64,000 nt of DNA from the NCBI RefSeq assembly GCF_964204645.1, contig NC_134028.1:5394001-5458000 (forward strand). The letters run 5' to 3'. This DNA comes from Tubulanus polymorphus. Lineage: Eukaryota; Animalia; Nemertea. Of this stretch, positions 27,801 through 39,220 are shown piece by piece. Position 1 is the stretch's first letter, and each line of letters starts with the position of its first letter. Both the position numbers and the translations under genes were made by a program. The notes beneath the pieces are model-generated. The model saw nothing but the letters and a program-made list of their open reading frames with translations, made no database searches and had not been told where the DNA came from.

Positions 27801-30800
27801 TGCTGCCCGCGGGCAGTGCGATGACAGCGCTGCGACAGCGACTTGGAATCAGAAGAATCAAGCGACGACAACGTGGAACCGAACAATTGGGTTTTATTTT
27901 CTGGTCGAGTCGCGTCATCTCTGAAAATATTGCAACAATAGTAACCGACCCCGCAGCTCCGTTGCTATGACATTTCCCGTAACTCGGTTTGTTTTTGGTC
28001 TTCGGGTGGAGGTGGATGATCTGTTTTAGCTAAATATGAGAAAAACATCTTGTTTTGCCTTTTGGCTATAGCTATTATTTCATGATTCGTGCTGTAATCC
28101 TTCCATTCCTCATTGCTGATTTGCCGAAAGCAAATCTTTACGAAATGATAATATCCATAATCGACAGGTCCTTTTTTTGCGATGAATCTAGTGATGCATT
28201 CACGATTAACCCCAATAATTCCTACGAATTCATTTAAGAAATGAGTAGGGTACTGTGACACCGGTTATTCCACCAGGTGGCGTGACGAGCACTCAGTCCT
28301 TTGTTCATTATCAATCAGTTTGAACTCAATTTTTAGGCTTCCGAATCCATACATGAATTACATGATTGACCAAATATACTTTGAATTCATTTTTCATTTT
28401 TCTTCTCAGATATTGGTATAATTATCTATCAGTTTTCATTGAAATGTGCAAGAAATTGAACGCAGAATCCTCACTTGCCACGGGAGCATTTGATGTTCCC
28501 CATTAAATTATAGAAATATATTTCATAGTTTGGTGTTATGTTTATTTGCAGATTTGAGGAAGCGATTTGGCCGTGAACCGATCAGCTCAGCAGTCGCTAT
28601 TCAGTCACAAGTTCAGTTACTATGTTTACCACCAGATGGCCAACCGATACCGGAGGTAAATGTTGATACCGGGACTATTTATGGAATATACTGTAATATG
28701 GGGGTAAATTAACTGTTTCATATCTTGTGTTTTGAAAGGTTTTCTGGCTGAAAGACAATAAAGTCATCGACGTTCAAAAAGAGCGAAATTACATCATCTC
28801 GAACGAAGGAAATCTTCTGATCAGTCAATCGCGACTTTCCGATATGGCCAACTATACGTGCGGCGCTAAAAATATAGCGAGTAGACGAACTAGTGAAACA
28901 GCTATATTAACTGTTTATGGTAAGGACATTGTAAATCTATGAAAATAACGAAAATTGTCATTCTATGAAAATAACGAAAATTGTAGGTCTATGAAAAAAG
29001 CCATCATCCCTCAGCAGGGATTAAAAGTTGATTGGTATGGTTCAAAATACTGCCATGGTTTAAGGCAGGGTTTTTTACCTTATTGCTTAATGGGATGTAA
29101 AAACCGACTTGATATCACACGCAAGCATTATATTCGACTGATAACCTTCTACTAAATTCGGTACTTTCAAATTTCAGTAAATGGAGAATGGTCGACGTGG
29201 AGTCAGTGGACAAAATGTGGAACCAAATGTGGCCGAGGGACGCAGAGGCGTACAAGAACATGTACGAATCCCGTGCCGCTGAACGGTGGTGCCCCCTGTC
29301 CAGGAGATGATACACAGAGAGTAACGTGCACAAGCGTTTGTCCAGGTAAACTAAGGTCTAATCGTAGAGGGCCAGTTTTATAGACTTAGTTAGATTTCAT
29401 CCCATTCACTGACAGTATGATTAGCCCTATGGTGTAAACCTTCCACACTTTCTTCAATTCAATTTGACTTTAGTTAGTAATCGAAAAAATAAACTAATCT
29501 TCACTCAAAAGTTTTTAAAAAAGTAATAAGTTAATACATATTACTGCGGAAGTGGAGTTCCTGTCTGTAAAACTGGCCACAAGTTTTCGTTATTTCGTCC
29601 GCTTTGTGCCAAACTGCACAGTCTTCGATATCGCTCTCGAGATCCTTTAAACAGTGGTAAATCTACTTGTCAGTGTCTCTTTACCCCGAACCCTTGTCAT
29701 GTCATAACCTGCTGTACTATTATATATCCTCAATCATTCATCGCCATTTCAAACGAACTTCATTTGAAAACCATCAATTCATAATTTGAATTTAAGAGAA
29801 TTAAGTTGATGTAAGTAATTACGCTGATTATTGTTTGAATTAGTTGAAATTAATTAACTATTGTTTCTGTTTTTGGTCATAGATATGCCCCTAGAGGCTG
29901 GTAAGATCTTCGATGTTGATTTTTTTATTTGATTTTTTTTTTCAAGTGTTGATGTTGTATTCATTCCGAAATTAGATTTCATTTCACTTTTAATTTGAAC
30001 TGTTTTCATTTGACACGTGCGCTGGTTCTTGTTAAGACTCTCATGTACGGCTATCGGAGTTGGAAGGATGCTCTCTTACTTCCAACAAACTCTTCATAAA
30101 GTCGATTCGCTTTCATTGTAATCATTATCAAGCATTTCTTTTTGAAAATTAAAATTTTTTTGAGAGGTTTAAATCGGGGAATGGCTCCATAGTTGTAAGT
30201 TCATTTTGACTCCCATTGTCGTCAGTTAGATACGACTCTTTGGAGTGAAAGGAGTCAATTTCGACTAACAGCTATAGAACCCAATTCATCTATCATCTTC
30301 ATTCTTTTATGCATTCAACAACTCATCTATCATCTTCATTCTCATGATCATCATCAGTTTTCACTATTTTTCTTTCTTCTTTCAAAAACTTGGTCAGTTT
30401 TGAAAAAAAATAATATGTACGATATCCTACTCTTAGCTATTGGGAGTCACTATTTTTGTACCTAACACTGAACAAGTTGAAAGCACTTTCTCAAATAGCT
30501 AAGATCTAGAATATATAGCCTTCATTTCTTCATATTTCTTTGTGTGCGTATTAAAGCATTCAATCGGTGTTCATTTCAGTTCGATGTTAGCATCACTCGT
30601 ATTTCATGTAGATGTATCTATTAAACGATGCAATCAAAATTGATTCAGTCATAATATATATATATATATATAAATCTCTTCATTTCTAATGAGCTCCAGA
30701 TGTTATCATCACATTTCATTCATCTCGCACTCCAGCGGTTGATAACAAAAATCCCTACGTTCAAACTGGGTGAAAAAATCATTCATACAAAATCCTTAAG

Positions 30801-33800
30801 ACGCAATTTATTGTGGTTCGTAGACCACCCATATGATTTAACCCTGAAGTAAAGAGTTATTTGTTCTGTTATGTTTCTGAGGAAGATTCTATCGAAGTGA
30901 TCTTTCACTTGCCTTCTTGCAATTCCATAATTTGTGTTAATAAGGAAAGATTGAGAACATTAGCGAAGATATACTGTATATAACAATATTTCTGGTTTAA
31001 TGGATGTGTTGAAGGTCTTGAACTCAGTGTTCGCTGTTGTATATTTCAGTGGATGGTACTTGGTCACCGTGGTCATCGTGGTCGACTTGTAGTCCGGACT
31101 GTACGCACCATCGCCAACGAATCTGCGACAATCCCCGACCGAAACACGGCGGGCGGTACTGTTTCGGTGACGATGGCATGAAATCCAACTGTACCGGCGG
31201 CATGTGTAGAGGTATGTATACATTTACACTCGATGCAAACTTTCTCTGAACATGAGAGAAATTTTTCATCGATGAGACTTTTTTCTTTTTCGATGGTCAG
31301 CGCTGATAAAGGCACTGATTGAGTTACCGTAAGAACCATCGTCTTTCATCACCTGTGAAGGGGTGAAACTCGCATCTGAGTTTCCTTTTCGAACATCTGC
31401 CAACGATAAAAAACGCCGGCGCAAAACACCATGTGCGTTTGTTGCGGCTGTTTGATAACGAAACGTGCCCGGTGTGTAGAGCGCGGAGCTCTCGTACCCT
31501 CTCTCTCTCTCTCTCGGGCTGCAGATGGGAAGAATAAGCCAGTGTTTGATTCCTGAAATGATTCAGTCGGACTGTGTTGAATTATTTCGTTAAAAGTTGT
31601 TACACTGACGGATGGAGAAGAGCCAGTGGTTTCATAATCAGAACCGTTGTGGTTTCGCTAGCACCCGCAGCGGTGGTGGTACCCGGTGCACACCTGCGCA
31701 ATGCATCGATATAATGATGTAATAAATAGCTCTGAATCTGTTGAAGTTGTTGGATTGTTTTTTCATGCGTTGTGTAGTTGTTTAGTTTGTAAATCTCTCG
31801 AGAGATTCTCTACTATGCAAACTGTTATCGGAATGAAGCGATAACGTCACCTCCATCCCACTAGATTTGCTCCTTTTGTTTATATCTTTTAAGCTTTAGA
31901 TCCTTGTAAAACATGCGCCAGAATTTAACAACTATTTGTACCAGTTCTCGTGGTACTTGGTCTTTCTTGTCTTAATGCGAAGTTTTCATTCTATAATTTC
32001 AGATGGAATGGATATGTCTCGAGAAGGTAAGGCCTTCCCGATAAGTTCCCCAGGTAACCTTGCCCTCTTGTTGGACTGCACCTCCCTTCACATCTTTTTT
32101 CCTCTATGAGACTGATAAATCATATCCTTCTTTCTACCTCCTTTCCCCTTCTACACATAAATCCTCTTCATCAAATTTACGAAAAATCTGGATTAAAAAT
32201 CATATTCTACGTGCATTAACGCTTTCAGCGTATCTACACCACAGTGCGGTGTATAAATCGGTGATGGACTTTGCAATGCGGTGTATTGATTTGATTATAG
32301 ATAAGTTATACTATCTATTGAAAGATGGCAGCACCTTTCAAACATTGTGAACTAACAATACACCGTACCATGGTGTAAATGCACTATGGCAGTATGCCCG
32401 TCATACAATGCCCTGGGCTGGTATTTTCCAAAATTCTCAAATCATCTCCAGCACTTAAGGGTAAGAATAGGTCAGCACTGAAAGGGTTAATGCATAACCA
32501 AACTATCAAATGAAAAAAACACTCCCATTTCTCTCAATGCACGACTTTCTCACAATCCGAAAAAGAAACTTTCTCAATGAAAAAATCATTCGTAGAAAAA
32601 TTTTCTCAATGTTTCTTTTTATTTTTTATTACAATAGTCGCCAGTTCGATTTGGAGCGAGAAGGTCACGTTGTACGTCGGTTTGTTCGTTGCTATAGCGA
32701 TATTCATCAGCGTTGTCATAGTGATCGTTTTCTTGGTCAAGCGTAAACAAGCGGGCGCATATTTCAGCGATGACCACTACATGAATCCTGCAGGTATGTG
32801 GCGTCTCTGAACTTGACAAACTTGTTTCCTTTCACTGGGAACCTTTGTTTCTAATTGCCAGGTGGTGCAACAATACGTTCCTATGAAAATTAGTTCATTT
32901 AATTTTCACTTTAAAAAGTTGATTTGAGTTCAATTGAAATATGGAAGAAATTGAAGCACAGTCACCCTTCATTGAGGAATCCTCGCTTGCCACAGTAAGC
33001 AGTCCCGGTACCCCGTTATGAAGAGGGAAACTGGGGGATGACTTTCTGAGAGTAACGAGGTTCAGGCCGAAAGGGAGAACTACTGGGCAATGTTTTTCAG
33101 CCTATGAGTACAGTGTATATGAAACATGCGAATGAAACATCTTTCTATGATTCGTTTAACTTTTAGACATGAATTTGCCGAACGGAGTCGAAACGGAGAA
33201 AAAACTTCAACAAGAAGGCCAACATCTGATATCGACGCAGCCCGATTTAACGCAAACCGTTATCACGATTCCGAATCATAACGCGCTGAATCTACCGAAC
33301 AATAATCACATCAACTCGATGGAGAAACTACCCGCGGCCGATACGTCGTCGATGGCCTCCGTTCCGAACAGCGCCGTAATCAAAAACAATAAAATGATGC
33401 TGTTAGATGCGCCGTCGCCGCCGCCGCTGATGCAGCCCTCCGAACATTACGCCAGCGTTTCGTTGTTGCCGCGAAAAGAATCGAAAATGTCGCTGAAATC
33501 GATGACGACGTCGAGTTCGAGACCGCCGTCGATGTACTCGCATGCGAATCGCAATTCAGTCGTATCGTCGGTAATACCGAGTAATATCGATATCGAATGT
33601 ATTACGTGGATGAATATTACGTATGCAGGAGGACGATTAGAGCTACCTGATTCAGGTATGAATTCGTTATTGTAATTTATGTTTTTGGCCCAGGGGCCCA
33701 TTCCACAGTCAAGCTCATCTTAGTTTTATAGCCAATCTGACAACTTAGGACCAGTCTTAAAACCGCCTTTGGATTTGAGTCTCGACTATGGAACCGGTCC

Positions 33801-36791
33801 CAGTTTTCTTAGTAAAATTTGCAGAGAGGTTTAAGAATTAATGATCCTCGCATTTCCTGTCAGAATTTTTTCTTTTTAAATACAATCTATGATATTTTGG
33901 TAATATCAAAATTCATTGTGTTTTATCTATAATTCACAGGAGTTTATCTGACTATACCAGAAGGTTCCATTCCGAAGGGTCAAACCGAAGAGATATTTTT
34001 GGCGGTTTGTAGAGATGATAAAGACCGACCTAAACTGATCGACGCGCAGACAATGGTCAGTCCGGTAATTCTATGCGGACCACAGAATCTGAATCTACTG
34101 AAACCAGTAATTCTCAGTTACGCTCACTGCGCTAGTTTGCGCAACGCGAACTGGGTATTGTCCATTTATAACAGTCACACACCATACGACGAGGCTCCTA
34201 TCTGGCAGGTTAGTAGAAACAAATCTTCCGCACTTAGATTTCAGTCGTAAGAAAGGTTTTAAGAAGTATGTGGTACAAATGTATTCATTGACAAAGTTGA
34301 AGAGGAGTGTGAGCCAGCTTCCAGAGCTTCAGCTGCAGAAACTGGTTCTAACTTTAGGAAGATTACTTATTGTACACTGACATAAGTCTAAATCCCACAA
34401 TTAAAAAACCATAAAGTGGAAACAAAATTTTACAGAACAACAGAATTTTATTAGAATCCAAATCTTCAGTTTTACTGTAAAAACCATTATCAAGGAGTGA
34501 CAAGTTGATTGTGGGACTTACGACTTAAGTCATCATTCGCGACACATTCTGAAACTACTTCGTACATTGACTTGTTCATTCTACTTTGTGATACACAATT
34601 ATTGCAAATGATAGAGAATATCATTTTACTTGTAGCCTGTTGTAACGCTAGGACACGAAACGATCAACACGCCCGGATACTGCCATATCGATCAAGACCA
34701 AGCTGATTTAATGATTGACACGCTATCGCGCTATGCACTAATCGGACATTCAGTGCCCGGATCGGCTGCCGTGAAAATCCTGCGACTTGCCGCGTTTGCA
34801 CCATCAGTACCGAGTTCTCTGTCATCGGTTGATTATAACATTCGTGTTTATGTCGTAGAGGATACTCCTGACGCATTGCAGGTACAGGATAATTCTTTTA
34901 TCAGACCTGACTACCACTACTATCTGAGAGTAGTTACTACTAGAGCTCATTTACTGCCAAATCTACCAAATTTCTCTAAACATCGGAATAAATTCTGACT
35001 TATTTTTAAATAAACAACTATTTTTGATATCTAATTATTGTCATTTGTGCTGAAAACTACTTCAAAGGGAGACACAAAAGTTGTCTGGTCTGTTATATCG
35101 AAGTCAAGATTTAGTGGCATTTCTGAACCGGAGAGATGGACTAAGGGGGAGATGTGGAGAGTCTTTGAAATGAGGGATGCATTTAGGGGTCCTTGTTAGC
35201 GAGGGAAAGTCTGCACTCCAAGATCAGAACTGCAGTTGCCAATAATATCCCAAACACCTTATATTATTGTCTTGAATAAAATTGATTTTGAATTTGTCTA
35301 TTTTCAGAGTGTATTTGAAATTGAGAATCGACTCGGTGGTCAGTTACTGGATAAACCGAAACAGATGCCGTTCCAAGATGGAGGATGTAGCCTGTGTTTG
35401 ACGATCGAGGATCTGACGCCCGGTTGGAGGAGTCGTTTGCCCGTGAACTTTCAAGAGATTCCGTTTTGCCATGTTTGGAATGGCAACCAGTCCAATTTGC
35501 ATTGTTCATTCTCATTGGAACACGTCGATCGGTCCCAGCACATGATCGGCTGTTTGATACACGTTTATCAAATGGGTATTATCACGAATCGTCAAGTTTT
35601 ACATATCGCAACTAATATTACAGAGGTAAGTAGCATCCTGGTAAATCTAAAGCCGCGATCACACGAGCATGGGCCCGTGCCTGTTTGACCTGGACCAAAT
35701 TTGGCCCAACCAAAAACATCGTACCAGGTCGAAGCCAAATTCTAGCACAGATCAAATTATTGGATAATAATTGCACGACTCACTTCGCTTTGTTTAAGCT
35801 TTGTTTGTTGAGTGTCAGGTGAGTGGTTTACGTATGAACACACTCTAATTAGGCATGGGCCTAATTTGACTAGGGTCTGATCTTGACCAATCATCTCTGT
35901 ATGATCGTGGCTTTATTTTCTTCAAAACTTCAAAACATTTTTTCAGCTGGGATACAGTGTAATGATTCAATCTGTGTGATCGTTAAATTTCAGAATACAC
36001 AATCCCTCCCCCGCCATGTACAGCAGCTCCCGAAAGGGGCTCGAGTCACCAGTCATGGTTCATCATCTAGAGTTACTCTCGATTCACCACAACAGGTTTT
36101 CAAGTATGTATACAGTTAATACTAAATACGTTAGTCATTGAAATATATGTAAGCCTTGCTGAACTCGAAATGATTTACTGTCTTTGTCTCAAGTTGTCCC
36201 TCTTAATCTAACTGTTGGACTGTTTTCTCTAATTCAGACTTCCGCTTAGCGTAAAAATGAAGATATGCGCTTTGTTAGATCCACCGAATATGAGAGGAAA
36301 TGATTGGAGAATGTTAGCTCACCAATTAGGAACAGATAGGTAAGAACGAATTACTCATTCATTTATTTTTGATATCGCTATAGCCCAATGCGTACGATAC
36401 AGGAAACAGGAAACAGAAACATGTTTCTGTGTGTTTGAGTCGGGTGCATTTACAAGAAATGAGAAACATGGTTTCGGGAAACATTGTTTCCAAGATAAAA
36501 CATTTCTGATTCCGTGTTTCCCTGTGTCCTGTGCATTGGACTTAAAGCATATTTAGTTTTATCCAGCTTCGATATCTCGTACTGATTTATTTGCATTTCT
36601 CACTTTTTCGTTTCAGATATATAAACTATTTCGCTACTCAGCCAAGTCCAACGGAGCTGATACTCGATTTGTGGGAGGCGAAATTCCGTCACGAATCCGC
36701 CATTACCGAACTGTGTAACATATTCAGAGTGATGGGACGAACGGACTTGGTGAATATAATCGAAAAAGACATGCCCGGCTCGTGGTTATAG
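14315..36791 (+). CDS. UNC5: Netrin receptor UNC5 (signal peptide-Ig-Ig-TSP1-TSP1-TM-ZU5-UPA-death domain), ~1006 aa, 15 exons plus one further candidate microexon
   Basis: Phase-consistent GT-AG exons: 14315-14381, 21831-22280, 28552-28655, 28739-28919, 29178-29345, 31050-31211, 32003-32026, 32638-32793, 33167-33655, 33940-34208, 34636-34881, 35308-35625, 35994-36103, 36238-36339, 36617-36791 (3021 nt). Family motifs: [37 protein letters not shown], two WSxWSxW TSP1 repeats, [32 protein letters not shown]5 [26 protein letters not shown], death domain GNDWRMLA...[12 protein letters not shown]. Exon 1 and the microexon are less certain than the core. Confidence 0.95.
18776..18860. repeat. (CT)n microsatellite, ~42 units
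   Basis: Pure CT dinucleotide run in UNC5 intron 1. Confidence 0.98.
19488..19681. mobile_element. MITE family A copy (opposite orientation)
   Basis: AGCCCAAC... / ...GCGTTAGGCT termini; CTCGGAAACATGTTTCCGTC is the reverse complement of the motif in the 762 copy. Confidence 0.65.
21752..21830 (+). CDS. UNC5: UNC5 alternative proximal N-terminus (second signal peptide, in frame with exon 2)
   Basis: ATG at 21752 reads [26 protein letters not shown] straight through the exon-2 acceptor without a stop. Confidence 0.5.
22395..22700. repeat. Dispersed ~300-bp repeat family B; related copies ~28255-28505, ~32850-33020, ~11570-11725, reversed ~54965-55140
   Basis: Shared GTTATyCCACCAGrTGGCGTGACGAGCACT start, AGAAATTGAA, TAGCGmACCTGGTGGATC and GAATCCTCrCTTGC segments. 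Confidence 0.65.
28938..28998. repeat. Short tandem repeat (~25-bp unit CTATGAAAATAACGAAAATTGT) in a UNC5 intron
   Basis: Two full copies and one partial copy. Confidence 0.75.
29370..29578. mobile_element. MITE family C (GGCCAGTTTTATAGAC termini); related copy ~57934-58080
   Basis: GGCCAGTTTTATAGAC ... GTCTGTAAAACTGGCC inverted termini. Confidence 0.65.
29883..29900 (+). CDS. UNC5: Candidate 18-nt in-frame UNC5 microexon between the two TSP1 repeats (DMPLEA)
   Basis: T-rich tract + TAG|ATATGCCCCTAGAGGCTG|GTAAGA; phase 1-1 like its neighbours; no stop. Confidence 0.55.
32003..32026 (+). CDS. UNC5: Candidate 24-nt in-frame UNC5 microexon between TSP1-2 and the TM exon (DGMDMSRE)
   Basis: ATTTCAG|ATGGAATGGATATGTCTCGAGAAG|GTAAGG; phase 1-1; no stop. 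Confidence 0.65.
35650..35913. mobile_element. MITE family E (AAGCCGCGATCACA termini); related ~24515-24622
   Basis: AAGCCGCGATCACA ... TATGATCGTGGCTT flanked by TA on both sides. Confidence 0.55.
36382..36543. mobile_element. MITE family A (GGAAACATGTTTCC-rich); other copies ~765-925, ~19488-19681, partial ~25668-25785
   Basis: Termini AGCCCAAtGC... / ...GCaTTGGaCT and shared internal GGAAACATGTTT and GGAAACA(A/T)TGTTTCC motifs across four dispersed copies. Confidence 0.7.
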
Positions 36792-38030
36792 GAATATCCG
36801 AAACTCGCCTAGTGTGTGCGTTTCTTGTACATATACATAGATAACAAAAAAAAAACGATGCTATCATTTATGTACAAATATAACGGTGCTATTTTGCGGA
36901 ATGGACTCGCGTAGCTGCGCGCTGGAGGTAGCAAAAACAGTCATTTAAACGCTGCCTCGAATTAGTAGGACGAAATATGTATAAAAAGTATATGAAAAAA
37001 AAATATATATATATATACCGGTATATGATTATATATATTTGAATATATAGAATTTTAGATGCGAAAATGCGACTAGTAGACCCTACTGCTGACATCTGAA
37101 AATCGGTCTCATGAGTATTGCGAATTTATAAACTTCGAGGGGACGTGGAGAAATTACCGGAGCGAAACCATCGAACAGTTCGTGAATTCAAATGAAGATC
37201 TCAAGCATCAGAAAACGTGACTGCTCAGCCTCGGAACAATTTTACAACAATTTCTAACGAAAATACTCACCTATCGTGAACGTTCGGTCATTATTTTTTA
37301 TGTCGGTTTTGTCGTGAAAAAAAACGCGACCAGAACATTGCTGTTAGTACCTGAGTAAAAAACTCGATATCTTTTTCCGCTACGGGATATTTTGTGCTGT
37401 GTTTCTTTAAGAAAAATTGAAATCAGTTGTTGTTGAATTTTTATTAGTGATCGGTCAAGTCGTGTTTGGTGATAAAAAGAATTGACGATTTTTTCTTCGA
37501 AGATATTTTGTTGTTACGAGTTCAGTGTGAATTATATTGTTAACAATAAAAACAATCATGGACACATTAGGTCACAACGACGGACATTTCGAGAAATGCC
37601 GACTAGGTCTGATGTCTGGTTTTTTTTAAATAATCTTACGTAGAACTTTTGAGATCAAATCGGGAAGTGTATCGTTTTAAGAATTACAAATGATGATTTC
37701 CTTATTCTGTATTCGAATATTATGATTTCTATATTCATAATGTCTTAATTTGGTAAAAAGAAATAGAAAATCTTTTTGACATTTAAGTGAGGAGCAAAGA
37801 AAAAACCAAAGAGTAAAAATAGATACGAAAACTGTCTACAATTGTATTGTAAAGTGCATCTGCTCTGAGGCCAGTTCCACGATAGTTGGTAAGGTTTTGA
37901 CTCTACGTTGATAAGTCAAATCTAGCTATGGAATTGAGTCTTAATGTTTGATAAGAAAAAATATGAAAACAACTATAACTAAATAGCACAATATGCCAAC
38001 TTTGTGGTTATTCATCTGAAGCCCGTCTGT

Positions 38031-38254
38031 CAGGGGCAGATCCAAAGGGTACCAAAAGCGGCGTGGCCCCCTATTTTTGGCGAAGATAATATTAACAAAA
38101 AAAAAGTTACACATACAGTGGGAAAAAATAATCTGTCATTTGTTCTAGAATCACTAGATGCTCTGAAATTTAGTCGATATATTTTCAAACATCCCCCCTT
38201 CCCCGTTTAGTCAATTTATATTCAATATATTCAAAATTCCTGGATCTGCCCGTG
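38031..38254. mobile_element. MITE with CAGGGGCAGATCC termini inside the inferred UNC5 3' UTR
   Basis: CAGGGGCAGATCCA ... TGGATCTGCCCGTG; similar end fragments near 18451, 23903 and 55157. Confidence 0.55.
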
Positions 38255-38815
38255 ATCAGTGTCTCTTGCATTATCAGTTGGATATTGGTTATTATGATGA
38301 GATTACGTACAATCGGTTTTTCTACCTCTCAGTTTTCTACGACGATAAGATACTTATGATAGCGTAGTCTTTCCATGCATACCTCGGCTTCGATACTACT
38401 AGTAATACTATACTACAACTGGTGATGATTAAATCATATATGAATCTGCGTAGTGCGCTTACGATACTAGTAAATTTATGAATTTGTAGACGATGATAAT
38501 GTAAAGAAATTCGTTAAAAGATGAATGAAAAATGTTGAAATTAGTCGATATGTATTTAACATTGCGTACAATGATTATCATTGTTTCTTTTTCTTAATGA
38601 AATACCTACGTATGTAACGCAATAGAATGAAAAAAAATGAATTATACCTGAGAAAAAGACTGTAAATAATTATGTTTTTATGAAGATTTCATGAAGAAAT
38701 ATGGATATATTTATTTGTTGTACATTTTCCCCAGATTTTGTCTTGTGAATACCTTTTTAATGTGCTGCACATAAGTTAGCGATGAAGAAGAGCTGACGAA
38801 AATTGTAAATTTACA

Positions 38816-38821
38816 AATAAA
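38816..38821 (+). terminator. Probable UNC5 polyadenylation signal ending a ~2-kb AU-rich 3' UTR
   Basis: AATAAA followed by a T-rich downstream tract; an earlier AATAAA lies near 37545. Confidence 0.45.
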
Positions 38822-39220
38822 GCCCTATTCTGTGGATAAACTAGCCGTTCGACGTTTTTACTTTATTTCATTTTATCGTATTTTTGTTTATTTTCACGTT
38901 TGTCGTATAGGAAAATAATTTTGATTTTTTTTTAAAATGCTGAAACGGACGGAACATAAATTGAGCGAAATTCATATTGAAGCGTGACATCGTTTGGTTT
39001 CAAAACGCATCTAAAAGTGATAAAATGGATGAATTCTAATAAGCCTCCATTAAGTAATGAACTTTGGATGTGTAACATGAATATTTGATGGGGTTTGATG
39101 GTGAAAACGTCGTCGATGTATACAAAAAAGTCACATTCTCTCAAAACTAGTGAATTTAACTATTCATCGGGAAATGTTGCGCGATAAAATTGAATCGCTG
39201 CAAAATATAACAAAATCAAG

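Noticed and set aside
28410-28415. Possible 6-nt UNC5 microexon (CAG|ATATTG|GTATAA)
   Set aside because: Weak donor and located inside a repeat family B copy.
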